This document shows positions 55,946-64,000 of a stretch of DNA of 64,000 nucleotides, piece after piece (position 1 is the stretch's first letter; each line of letters opens with the position of its first letter). Source of the DNA: an uncultured Oscillospiraceae bacterium (GTDB lineage: Bacteria; Bacillota; Clostridia; Christensenellales; CAG-138); contig CAYTPV010000001.1 of assembly GCA_964440115.1 (NCBI GenBank), positions 341,528-405,527 of the forward strand, written 5' to 3'. The position numbers and the translations under genes were made by a program. The notes under the pieces were generated by a model. It searched no databases. It was not told the DNA's origin and saw only the letters and a list, made by a program, of their open reading frames with translations.

Positions 55946-58900
55946 CGGAGCAAACGCACCCGCTGCTGCAGGTGCTCAAAGAATCGCCGGAATACAACCG
56001 GCTTGAGGAGATCCTTACCGGCGCGGAAGGCCCCGCGGCGGCTTTTGGTCTGCCCGAAGCGCACAGGGCGCATGTATTCGCTGCACTTGCACGCGAGCGA
56101 GGGGGGCTTTTCATCGCATCCGGCGAGCAGGCGGCGGAAAAGCTGTACCAGCTTTCCTCGGCGCTCAACCCGGATATCGTACTGCTGCCCGCCCGTGAAC
56201 TTCCGCTCGTCAACGCGTATGCCGCATCGGGTGAAGGCGCGAAAACGCGTATCGCATCGCTCATACGGCTCGCGCTGCAAAAGCGCATAGGCGTTATCGT
56301 TTCGGCCGAAGCCGCATTGCAGCGGCTTGCGCCGCCGGAGGTACTGCGCCACGCAGCGCATACGCTTAAACTGGGCGGCATTCATCCGCCCCGTGAACTG
56401 CTTCGGCAACTGAGCGACGCGGGCTACGAGCCGGTGGAGCTTGTGGAAGGGCCGGGACAGGCGGCTTTGCGCGGCGATATACTCGATATATACCCGCCGC
56501 ACGCGCAGCAGCCCTGCCGCGTGGAATTCTTCGACGACGAGATCGACCGCATGAGCCTGTTTGATCCCGTCAGCCAGCGCTCGCTCGAGCGCGTAACAGA
56601 AATACTGCTGCCGCCCGCCACCGAAGCGCCGCAGGACGCGGCGGTGATCGCCCGGGCGCTTTTAGCCATACACGGCGCGAAAGGATTCGACGCACAGCGC
56701 ACGGCGTTTGAACAGGGACACGCCTGCCCCGGCGCGGAAACGCTGCTGCCCGTATTGTACGAAGGCACATACAGCATATTCGACTACCTGCCCGCCGACG
56801 CGCCCATACTGCTTGAAGAACCACATCGCGTGGAAGAGGCTGCGGAAGCCGCTTCCCGCCTGTTCATGCAATCCGTTACAGCCATGCTGGATCGCGGCGA
56901 AGGCATTGCCGAGCAGGCAGACCTGCAAATGACGGCCGACGCGCTGTTCCGGCTGCTGCATACGCCGCGTACCGGTCTTTTATTTACGCTCACGCGTAGT
57001 TTTACGCGCATACGAATCAGGGAAAGCGTACAGTTTGACGCGCGCCCCGCGCCGCAATATCCCGGCGAGCGGGCGGAACTGGCGCGGGATATCGCGCTCG
57101 CGCGCAGAACGGGAGCGGCCATACTGTTGTTTGCGGGTGCTCATGCGCAGCGCGTGCAGCAGCAGTTACTCGATGAAGACTGCGAAACGGCGCGCGCGGA
57201 GACATTGACGCGTTTGCCGGTACGCGGCGAAGCTCTTATATTGGATGAAAGTCTGCCGCAGGGTTTTGTATACCCATCGCTGCGGCTTACCGTACTTACT
57301 GAAGCAGAGTTGTTTGGCTTTACGCGGACGGCCGCACGCAAGCGGCAGTCAAACAAGCCTAGGCTGATGTTCTCAGAACTGCGGCCGGGCGATCTCGTGG
57401 TGCATGAAACGCACGGTATTGGACGTTTTGTAGGCGTGGAAGCGCTTACGGTGCAGGACAACACGCGGGATTATCTGCTCATGGAATACATGGGCGGCGA
57501 CCGCCTGTATATCCCAACCGATCAGCTCGACCGCGTGCAGAAATACGTTGGCTCCGACGACGAGCCCAAATTATCCAAACTGGGCGGCAGCGAGTGGCAG
57601 CGACAGGTCAGCCGCGCGAAAAGCGCAGTCAAGGAACTGGCGTTCGATCTTGCCAAGCTGTACGCGACACGGCAGGACACGCAGGGCTTTGCGTTCTCAC
57701 ACGATACGCCTTGGCAGCGGCAGCTTGAAGAGCGTTTTCCCTATACGGAAACGCCGGACCAACTTCAAAGCATTGAAGAGATCAAACGCGATATGGAAAG
57801 CGGCCGCGTCATGGACCGGCTGCTGTGCGGCGATGTGGGCTACGGCAAAACGGAAGTGGCGCTGCGCGCCGCTTTCAAAGCCGTGCAGGACAGCAAACAG
57901 GTTGCCTTCCTTGTGCCGACCACCATACTCGCGCAGCAGCACTACAACACGCTCTCCACCCGCTTTTCAGGGTTTCCTGTGCGGGTAGCGCTGCTCTCCC
58001 GCTTTAAATCGGCGCAGGAGATCAAACAAACCAAACAGGCGCTCATGAACGGGCAGGTCGATGTCGTGGTGGGGACGCACGCGCTGCTTTCCAAGGATGT
58101 GAAATTCAAGGATCTGGGGCTTTTGGTTATCGACGAGGAACAGCGCTTCGGCGTAGGGCACAAGGAACAGATCAAGACTCTCAAAACCAATGTGGACGTT
58201 CTTACGCTGAGCGCTACGCCCATACCGCGCACGCTGCATATGTCCATGATCGGCATACGCGATATGAGCATCATCGATACGCCGCCGGAAGATCGCTACC
58301 CTGTGCAGACCTATGTGCTGGAGTATTCGGATATCCTGCTGTGCGACGCCGTCAGAAAAGAGCTTTCGCGCGGCGGGCAATGCTACATCGTTTATAATCA
58401 GGTACACCGGCTGGAACGGTTCGCCGAGCACCTCCGCGCGATGCTGCCCGAGGTATCAGTCGCCTGCGCGCACGGCCAGATGAACGAGCGCGCGCTCGAG
58501 CGCGTGATGCTGGATTTCATGGAAGAACGCTACAATGTTCTGCTGTGCAGCACGATCATTGAAAACGGACTGGATATCGCAAACGTCAATACGCTGTTCG
58601 TGCTTGAAGCCGACCGCATGGGCCTTTCGCAGCTCTATCAGCTGCGCGGGCGGGTTGGCCGGTCCTCGCGGCTTGGATACGCGTATTTCACATTCATGCG
58701 CGACAGGGCTTTGACCGAAGTAGCGCAAAAGCGGCTGATGGCGCTTACGGAATTTGCGCAGTTCGGCGCGGGCCGCGAAATCGCGCTGCGGGATTTGGAA
58801 ATCCGGGGCGCGGGCAGCTTATTAGGCGCGCAGCAGCACGGGCATATCGCGGATATCGGCTACGAGTATTATACAAAGCTCATGGCAGCCGCCGTGCGCG

Positions 58901-59376
58901 AAGCGCGAGGGGAACCGGAAGCTCCGCCGGATGTGGATACGACGGTGGATATCCCCATCGACGCGCACATCCCCAAGAGCTACATCAAGAGCGAGGTGCA
59001 GAGGCTTTCCATGTATAAACGCATCGCGCTCATTACGGGGCGTTCCATGCTGTTCGACGTGCAGGAAGAAATGGAGGACCGCTACGGCGATATCCCCGCC
59101 GCCACACAGAACCTCATGGATATCGCGCTTGTTAAGGCGCTGTGCGGACGCGCGCAGATATTGACTCTGACCGTTCGCGAAGGTATTGCACGCATGGCAT
59201 TCCACTCGCAGGCACAGCTTGATGGCGCGCGCATGCTGCAGGCCGCTGCCGCTTACGGCGCGCAGATACTGCCCGGCGACACCGTTTCTCTGCTGTACAA
59301 GAAATCCGAAGCCGATGTAGAGGAAATGCTGCACGCGCTTCTGCCGCTTCTCGAAACACTGTGCGGATGCATATAA
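55942..59376 (+). CDS. mfd: Transcription-repair coupling factor
   Basis: 1144 aa with a CarD-like domain (GDLVVHETHGIGRF), DEAD-box helicase motifs (GDVGYGKTEVALRAA, VIDEEQRFG) and a TRG region. It overlaps the pth stop. Confidence 0.95.
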   Translation: MTEQTHPLLQVLKESPEYNRLEEILTGAEGPAAAFGLPEAHRAHVFAALARERGGLFIASGEQAAEKLYQLSSALNPDIVLLPARELPLVNAYAASGEGAKTRIASLIRLALQKRIGVIVSAEAALQRLAPPEVLRHAAHTLKLGGIHPPRELLRQLSDAGYEPVELVEGPGQAALRGDILDIYPPHAQQPCRVEFFDDEIDRMSLFDPVSQRSLERVTEILLPPATEAPQDAAVIARALLAIHGAKGFDAQRTAFEQGHACPGAETLLPVLYEGTYSIFDYLPADAPILLEEPHRVEEAAEAASRLFMQSVTAMLDRGEGIAEQADLQMTADALFRLLHTPRTGLLFTLTRSFTRIRIRESVQFDARPAPQYPGERAELARDIALARRTGAAILLFAGAHAQRVQQQLLDEDCETARAETLTRLPVRGEALILDESLPQGFVYPSLRLTVLTEAELFGFTRTAARKRQSNKPRLMFSELRPGDLVVHETHGIGRFVGVEALTVQDNTRDYLLMEYMGGDRLYIPTDQLDRVQKYVGSDDEPKLSKLGGSEWQRQVSRAKSAVKELAFDLAKLYATRQDTQGFAFSHDTPWQRQLEERFPYTETPDQLQSIEEIKRDMESGRVMDRLLCGDVGYGKTEVALRAAFKAVQDSKQVAFLVPTTILAQQHYNTLSTRFSGFPVRVALLSRFKSAQEIKQTKQALMNGQVDVVVGTHALLSKDVKFKDLGLLVIDEEQRFGVGHKEQIKTLKTNVDVLTLSATPIPRTLHMSMIGIRDMSIIDTPPEDRYPVQTYVLEYSDILLCDAVRKELSRGGQCYIVYNQVHRLERFAEHLRAMLPEVSVACAHGQMNERALERVMLDFMEERYNVLLCSTIIENGLDIANVNTLFVLEADRMGLSQLYQLRGRVGRSSRLGYAYFTFMRDRALTEVAQKRLMALTEFAQFGAGREIALRDLEIRGAGSLLGAQQHGHIADIGYEYYTKLMAAAVREARGEPEAPPDVDTTVDIPIDAHIPKSYIKSEVQRLSMYKRIALITGRSMLFDVQEEMEDRYGDIPAATQNLMDIALVKALCGRAQILTLTVREGIARMAFHSQAQLDGARMLQAAAAYGAQILPGDTVSLLYKKSEADVEEMLHALLPLLETLCGCI

Positions 59377-59406
59377 CCGACAAAGTGGAAACATCCACTT
59401 TGTCGG
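59377..59406. terminator. 13-bp perfect hairpin abutting the mfd stop codon
   Basis: CCGACAAAGTGGA-AACA-TCCACTTTGTCGG. No T-tract follows on the plus strand; TTATAT follows on the minus strand. It is also the first module of the repeat-rich gap. Confidence 0.45.
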
Positions 59407-59900
59407 GGTCACCGCGTTGTTCGGTGCTCGGTTTCCTGCTACGCAGGAAAGCTGTCGCCCCAAACAACGCTTCAAGGTGTCATTTTGCACCGCACATGTC
59501 GCTGCAAAATGACGGATTAAAAGTCTCTGATGCATGAAGACCGTCTGCATATGGGCGCGGGAAGCGGAGCCGCATGTTGGTCAGAGCATGCCTCGTGATT
59601 TTCGCAAGGGATTCAAACTAACTCGTATAACGAGGGCGCGGGGAGTCGAAGTCGCGCGCCGCCTGTGGCGGATGAAGCGCTGCGGAAGACCAGTGAGTTA
59701 GGGAGCGCAAGAAACAGCTTGCTGTGACACAGCGCGACCATAACGAACTGCGAAGCCCTCCCGCTTTATAATAAAAAAATCTGCGGCCACGACGGTCCAC
59801 AGGCCTAGTGCCCGAGGCGTCCCCCGCCGAGGGCCAGGCGGCGATACTGATTTATTTCGTAGCGGTGCAACACATTGATACTTCATTTCACTCTAAACTG
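59407..59900. repeat. Copy B (composite) of the dispersed structured intergenic element; core 59659-59741
   Basis: The reverse complement of 59659-59741 aligns to 1837-1920 at about 62 of 84 positions by hand, with five compensatory pair swaps. The left part carries a GGTTTCCTGC-TAC-GCAGGAAA hairpin and the CACATGTCGCTGC box inside an 11-bp stem (59480-59514). Confidence 0.5.
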
Positions 59901-60029
59901 TAAAATGAAGGATTTTATATTCCCCTTCATTTTCCATAGTTTCCACCGATACTGTATATATGGGCCGAAAACCGCCTTGAACCGGCGGTTTGTTTCATGT
60001 TTATTCATTGGATATCCCCATGCCACGCA

Positions 60030-60038
60030 TGGTATGAT
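60030..60038 (+). promoter_or_regulatory. Extended -10 (TGgTATGAT), candidate promoter of the SH3b-CAP gene
   Basis: TGGTATGAT lies about 30 nt upstream of ATG 60070. Confidence 0.4.
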
Positions 60039-60069
60039 GTACGAAAGTAAAGCGAGGTGATCGAACACG

Positions 60070-61029
60070 ATGAAGCGCTTCTTGCAAATGACTGCGATTG
60101 TCTTAAGTCTGATAGTTGCGTTTGCTTTCGCCGCTCCGGCGCTCGCCGCTCCCGCCAGTTGCTCCGGTGACGCGTATACCGTCATCGTCAAGCAAACGGA
60201 CGATGTGCAGGTACTCGCAAGTACTGCATACGTGCAGGCTACGGCGGCTGTCAATGTGCGCAGCGGACCGGGTACGTCCTATACGATACTCGGTAAACTC
60301 AGCGCCGGCGATAAGGTCGAGAAGCTGGGCGTATCCGGCACCTGGACAAAAATCAACTACAACGGAAAAGCTGCTTATGTAAGCACAAAATATGTAAAAG
60401 ACATATCCGAGACAACCGCCACTTACATGCAGGCGACCGCCAACGTCAATGTACGCAGCGGACCCGGCACCAGCTACGCGAAACTCGGTCAGCTTTATAA
60501 AGGTACCATCGTGCCCAAGCTCGGCACCTCCGGCTCATGGACCAAGATTGTTTACAACAGCAAGACGGCTTATGTGAGCACAAAATATCTCAAAGCCAGC
60601 AGCTATACCGGCGGCACCGGCAATTCAGGCGGGTCAGGCGGTGCGTCATCCTCTTCTACATTCAACGACGCGGCCGCGGCAGAGATGATTTCCATTCTCA
60701 ACGGCTACCGTCAGGACGAAGGACTTGCCAAACTGACCACCACTGCTGCACTTAACAAGGCCGCGAAGATCCGCGTACAGGAGATCGTAAAGAGCTTCAG
60801 CCATACACGGCCGAACGGCACGCTCTGCTTTACGGTAGATTCCGATCATATTCAGGGTGAAAATATCGCCAAGGGCTCCGGTCTGCCCACCGCGCAATCC
60901 GCTGCGGACGGCTTTATGAACTCCCCGAAACACAGGGAGAATGCCATGCGGGCAAGCTTTACAAAGACCGGCGCAGCCTGCCTCAAGGTAGGCGCAACCA
61001 CCTACTGGGTACATCTGTTCGGTTATTAA
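60070..61029 (+). CDS. Secreted protein with two SH3b domains and a C-terminal CAP/SCP (YkwD-like) domain
   Basis: Signal peptide ending APALA. It has two ~70-aa repeats (VNVRSGPGTSY..LG.L..G..V.KLG.SG.WTKI.YN.K.AYVSTKY) and a C-terminal CAP block (NGYRQDEGL..., SPKHRENAM). Confidence 0.8.
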   Translation: MKRFLQMTAIVLSLIVAFAFAAPALAAPASCSGDAYTVIVKQTDDVQVLASTAYVQATAAVNVRSGPGTSYTILGKLSAGDKVEKLGVSGTWTKINYNGKAAYVSTKYVKDISETTATYMQATANVNVRSGPGTSYAKLGQLYKGTIVPKLGTSGSWTKIVYNSKTAYVSTKYLKASSYTGGTGNSGGSGGASSSSTFNDAAAAEMISILNGYRQDEGLAKLTTTAALNKAAKIRVQEIVKSFSHTRPNGTLCFTVDSDHIQGENIAKGSGLPTAQSAADGFMNSPKHRENAMRASFTKTGAACLKVGATTYWVHLFGY

Positions 61030-61054
61030 GCCGCGCAGGGAACCATTGCACACA

Positions 61055-61084
61055 TCAAAAAAGCGGCGAATGCCGCTTTTTTGA
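61055..61084 (+). terminator. Rho-independent terminator (symmetrical A/T flanks)
   Basis: TCAAAAAAGCGGC-GAAT-GCCGCTTTTTTGA. Confidence 0.8.
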
Positions 61085-61088
61085 TATT

Positions 61089-61290
61089 CCACCGGTAAGC
61101 TCTTCGAGCTTACCGGTGGGTTTCTCAGGAAACCGCCTGCACCTTCCGGTGCGGCCGGCGGTTCCTGCAAGGAAAGCCTTGCATCGCAAGGCTTAACGCT
61201 CGCGCCGCGCATGTCGCCGCTCGCGAATGAAGCTTACACGCCAGAGTTAGTACAGACTGTTCCCACGAAGTCCAATTGATCTAATAGAAA
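61089..61290. repeat. Hairpin array plus degenerate third copy of the intergenic element
   Basis: Hairpin spans are 61089-61119 (14 bp), 61120-61133, 61137-61154 and 61174-61194 (9 bp). They are followed by the CGCATGTCGCCGC box (61208-61220) and GAATGAAGC...CCAGAGTTAG, which resembles GGATGAAGC...CCAGTGAGTTAG of copy B. Confidence 0.4.
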
Positions 61291-61320
61291 ATAGCCGGTA
61301 TGATGCTTCATACCGGCTAT
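61283..61320 (-). terminator. Rho-independent terminator after the XDH-family operon
   Basis: On the minus strand ATAGCCGGTATG-loop-CATACCGGCTAT is followed by TTTTCTATT. Confidence 0.75.
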
Positions 61321-61335
61321 TTAACTTTAGCTTGT

Positions 61336-61821
61336 TTATTTCCCCGCCGCAATGCGCTTTTTCATGGTTTTTTCCACGGCGTTGATGATGTTCTCATAGC
61401 CTGTGCACCGGCAAAGGTGGCCTGCAAGCAGCTTTTTGAGTTCCTCACGCGTATAGTCGCGGCCGGTTTCGAGTATTTCAACCGCCGTCATCAGGAAGCC
61501 CGGCGTGCAGAAACCGCACTGCACGGCCCCCTCGTCGATGAACGCCTGCTGAATATCCGAAAGTTCGCCGTTGGGGCCTAAAAGACTTTCCAGCGTGCGG
61601 ATATTCTTGCCTTCCGCCCAGATGGCAAGGTATATGCAGGAATTGAAGCATTCGCCGTCTATAATGACATTGCACGCGCCGCACTCGCCTACCTCACAGC
61701 CCTTTTTCACGCTGGTCAGCCGGTAATCGTTGCGCAGCAAATCCGTAAGCGACGCGCGCATATCCACATACGTTTCCGTCTGTTTGCCGTTGATGGTGCA
61801 ATGTATCAACTGTTTCTGCAT
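61336..61821 (-). CDS. (2Fe-2S)-binding small subunit of a xanthine dehydrogenase/CO dehydrogenase-family molybdoenzyme
   Basis: CEVGECGACNV and QCGFCTPGF...CRCTGY, the two [2Fe-2S] motifs of this family. Confidence 0.88.
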   Translation of the reverse strand: MQKQLIHCTINGKQTETYVDMRASLTDLLRNDYRLTSVKKGCEVGECGACNVIIDGECFNSCIYLAIWAEGKNIRTLESLLGPNGELSDIQQAFIDEGAVQCGFCTPGFLMTAVEILETGRDYTREELKKLLAGHLCRCTGYENIINAVEKTMKKRIAAGK

Positions 61822-62702
61822 CAGAGCGCACCTCCCGCCAGTTGTACCGCTTGTTCAAATGCACGCCTTGTCAGTTCCTGCACGATCTGCAACCGCAGCT
61901 CGCGGCTTGCGCGCCAGCTCGTACGCGGGTTCACATCGCTGAGTGCGGCGTTTGCGGCCGCTTCTATCGTTTCTTTGGATACGGGCTTGCCATTTGCGGC
62001 AGCTTCCGCACCGGGCGCGCGCATGGGCACAGGGCCCGCTACGCCGTACGCGATACGTACACGCTCCACCGTTTTCTTATCCGGAGAAAGCCGCACATTG
62101 ACGGAGCAGCCGAGCGTGGCGATATCCATAGCGCCGCGCATGGCGTACTTGATGTAATGACCAAAGCAGTTTTCGTAGCTGTCTTTGGGGATGAGGATAG
62201 ACGTCAGTAGTTCTGCGGGTTTTAAGGCAACCTTGCCCGCCTTTACATAAAACTCGCCGATAGGAAGCAGTCTTACGCCTTCCGGCCCGGTCAGTTCCAT
62301 AACGGCATCCCACGCGACCAGCGTAGAGCCTGAGTCGGCGGAGGTTACGCCGTTGCAGACATTGCCGCCGATGGTGCCGATGTTGCGAACCTGCGGACCG
62401 CCCACCTGATCCACCGCTTCACCTAGCACGCGGATATACTGCTGTATAAGCGGATCGCGCGTAACGTGGGAAAAGCTGGTCAGCGGACGAATGCGCAGCG
62501 TGCCGTCTTCATCCATGGAAACACCGCGCAGCTCATCGAGCTTCTGTATGCTCACAAGCGTGCAGCCTGCCAGCTTGCCTTCGCGGATCTTGACAAGCAG
62601 GTCGCTGCCGCCCGCGATGATGAGCGCTTCGGGATATTCCTGCAGCAGGGATATGGCATTCGCTACAGAGGTTGCTTCATAAAGGGCTTCGATATCATAC
62701 AT
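61821..62702 (-). CDS. FAD-binding subunit of the XDH-family molybdoenzyme (CoxM/XdhB-like)
   Basis: IIAGGSDLLVKIR and IGTIGGNVCNG are FAD-binding PCMH blocks. The stop/start junction with the Fe-S subunit overlaps by 1 nt. Confidence 0.85.
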   Translation of the reverse strand: MYDIEALYEATSVANAISLLQEYPEALIIAGGSDLLVKIREGKLAGCTLVSIQKLDELRGVSMDEDGTLRIRPLTSFSHVTRDPLIQQYIRVLGEAVDQVGGPQVRNIGTIGGNVCNGVTSADSGSTLVAWDAVMELTGPEGVRLLPIGEFYVKAGKVALKPAELLTSILIPKDSYENCFGHYIKYAMRGAMDIATLGCSVNVRLSPDKKTVERVRIAYGVAGPVPMRAPGAEAAANGKPVSKETIEAAANAALSDVNPRTSWRASRELRLQIVQELTRRAFEQAVQLAGGAL

Positions 62703-62724
62703 GCCGTTCCACCGTCCTTCCCAG

Positions 62725-64000
62725 CTAGATCAGGCCTGCTTCCCTAAATGCGGGAAACAGTGCGTGCGGGTTCATGGGGATTTTATGCATCGCTACGCCG
62801 GTAGCATTGAGAACCGCGTTGCGTATGGCAGGCGCGCCGGGCACCGTGGGCGGCTCACCCAAAGCCTTTGTACCGTAAGCGCTGGTGGGTTCGTAGTTCT
62901 CCACAAACTGCGCCTCAAGATGCGGGTGATCCATCGTGGTGGAAAGCTTATAGTCGAGCAGATTGTCGTTTAGCGGCTTGCCAGTCTTTTCATCGAACAG
63001 CAGCTGCTCGGAAAGACCGTAGCCTATCGCCATGCTCATGCCGCCGTGTACCTGCGCTTCCGCCAGCTGCGGGTTGATGAGCTGGCCGCAATCGTGCACG
63101 TTGACAAGGTTAAGCAACTTGACCTTGCACAGAGGAATATCCACCTCAACCTCCGCAAACGCGCAGCCGAAGCTGTAGGCATTGGTTTTGCACTGATAAG
63201 TGGATTCCGCCGTAATATGCTCGGAATGCGTCATGCTGTAAAAAGCATCCGCTGCAAGATCCGCAAGTGAGCGCAGCACGCGCCCGGTCGTTTTATGCAC
63301 GATGTTTCCATCGATGATATCCATATCGGCGACCTGCATGCGTTCGAGCTCATGTGCGTGGTTGAGTATTTTCTCTTTGAGCATGAGCGCCGTCTGCCGT
63401 ACTGCCATGCCGCCCACATAAGTCTGGCGGGAGGCATACGCGCCGGTTCCAAACGGCGTGGTATCCGTATCCTGCGTGCTGATTACATGCACATTTTCGA
63501 AAGGAATGCCCAGCGTATAAGCCGCCATCTGCGCAAACGCCGTATCCGCGCCCTGACCTATTTCCGTTTCCCCAAGGTGTATCTGTATGGAACCGTCCTG
63601 ATTCAACACCATGCGGCAGGAGGAGACTTCCAACGAGATAGGCCACACGCCTGTGTTGTACCACAGCAGAGACATGCCTATGCCGCGACGGATGGGGCCG
63701 GTCTGGTTTTCATAAAGCTTGCGCTTTTCATCCCAGCCAATGTACGCCTTGCCCTTCTCCATACACGCATTGAAGCTGTCGAAGTAATTGACGTTTTTGG
63801 AGAACGGATCTGTCCAGCCTTGCGGCATCATGTTCATTTTGCGGAACTCGAGCGGGTCCATGTTCAGCTTGCATGCGATATCTTCCGCGTGGCTTTCGAG
63901 CGCGAAAATGGACTGCGGCGTGCCGTAACCACGCATTGCGCCCGCCGAGGGCATGTTGGTATATACGGTATATCCCTTGACTCTCTGTCCCTTCACGCAG
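62725..64000 (-). CDS. Molybdopterin-binding large subunit of the XDH-family molybdoenzyme, C-terminal part (5' end outside window)
   Basis: MRGYGTPQ, GQGADTAFAQMAA and GEPPTVPGAPAIRNAV blocks. The frame stays open to the window edge. Confidence 0.88.
   Translation of the reverse strand, partial: CVKGQRVKGYTVYTNMPSAGAMRGYGTPQSIFALESHAEDIACKLNMDPLEFRKMNMMPQGWTDPFSKNVNYFDSFNACMEKGKAYIGWDEKRKLYENQTGPIRRGIGMSLLWYNTGVWPISLEVSSCRMVLNQDGSIQIHLGETEIGQGADTAFAQMAAYTLGIPFENVHVISTQDTDTTPFGTGAYASRQTYVGGMAVRQTALMLKEKILNHAHELERMQVADMDIIDGNIVHKTTGRVLRSLADLAADAFYSMTHSEHITAESTYQCKTNAYSFGCAFAEVEVDIPLCKVKLLNLVNVHDCGQLINPQLAEAQVHGGMSMAIGYGLSEQLLFDEKTGKPLNDNLLDYKLSTTMDHPHLEAQFVENYEPTSAYGTKALGEPPTVPGAPAIRNAVLNATGVAMHKIPMNPHALFPAFREAGLI

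Noticed and set aside
59618-59886. Small ORFs (60-62 aa) inside the mfd-downstream gap
   Set aside because: They have Arg/Ser/Pro/Ala-rich composition, no RBS, and overlap each other. The homologous copy at 1837-1920 does not preserve any reading frame; one copy carries a stop, and the substitutions are not biased toward synonymous changes.
1-64000. Mobile elements, prophage, integrative islands
   Set aside because: I saw no transposase, integrase, recombinase, phage structural gene or conjugation gene. I also saw no direct-repeat duplication of the tRNA-Thr 3' end that would mark an integrated element.

Overview
This window reads as ordinary chromosomal core from a GC-rich (by eye), spore-forming Clostridia-type Firmicute. 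About 58 protein genes are tightly packed and most are recognisable. They include ftsK-rimO-pgsA-cinA-recA, lgt, and cysS behind a Cys T-box leader. Sporulation genes are spoIIP-gpr, spoIVA and a CotF-type coat pair. Transport genes are a livJHMGF-type operon, a polar amino-acid ABC transporter and a BMP/nucleoside-type ABC transporter. Also present are galE, an Mrp/NBP35 ATPase, serC-serA, thrC, two PrsA/SurA-like lipoproteins, a P-type ATPase, pth-mfd, and the 3' part of a xanthine-dehydrogenase-family operon. There is one tRNA-Thr(GGU). I found no rRNA, CRISPR array, transposase, integrase, phage gene or recognisable defence system. The least ordinary signal is non-coding. Several gene-free gaps (1776-2075, 23188-23323, 52788-52842, 59377-59900, 61089-61290) are built from stacked GC-rich hairpins and share sequence modules. 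Two of them (1837-1920 and the reverse complement of 59659-59741) share an ~84 nt core. Five of the base-pair differences in that core are compensatory, which fits a conserved RNA or ssDNA structure family that I cannot assign to any known class from memory. Secondary items are three modules of uncharacterised genes around 29.5-34.5 kb: DUF2294 plus a large P-loop DUF4914-like protein, a sensor-less SGDEF cyclase with an RHH-like tail, and a translationally coupled pair of unknown function. All family names are from memory of motifs and no searches were run.
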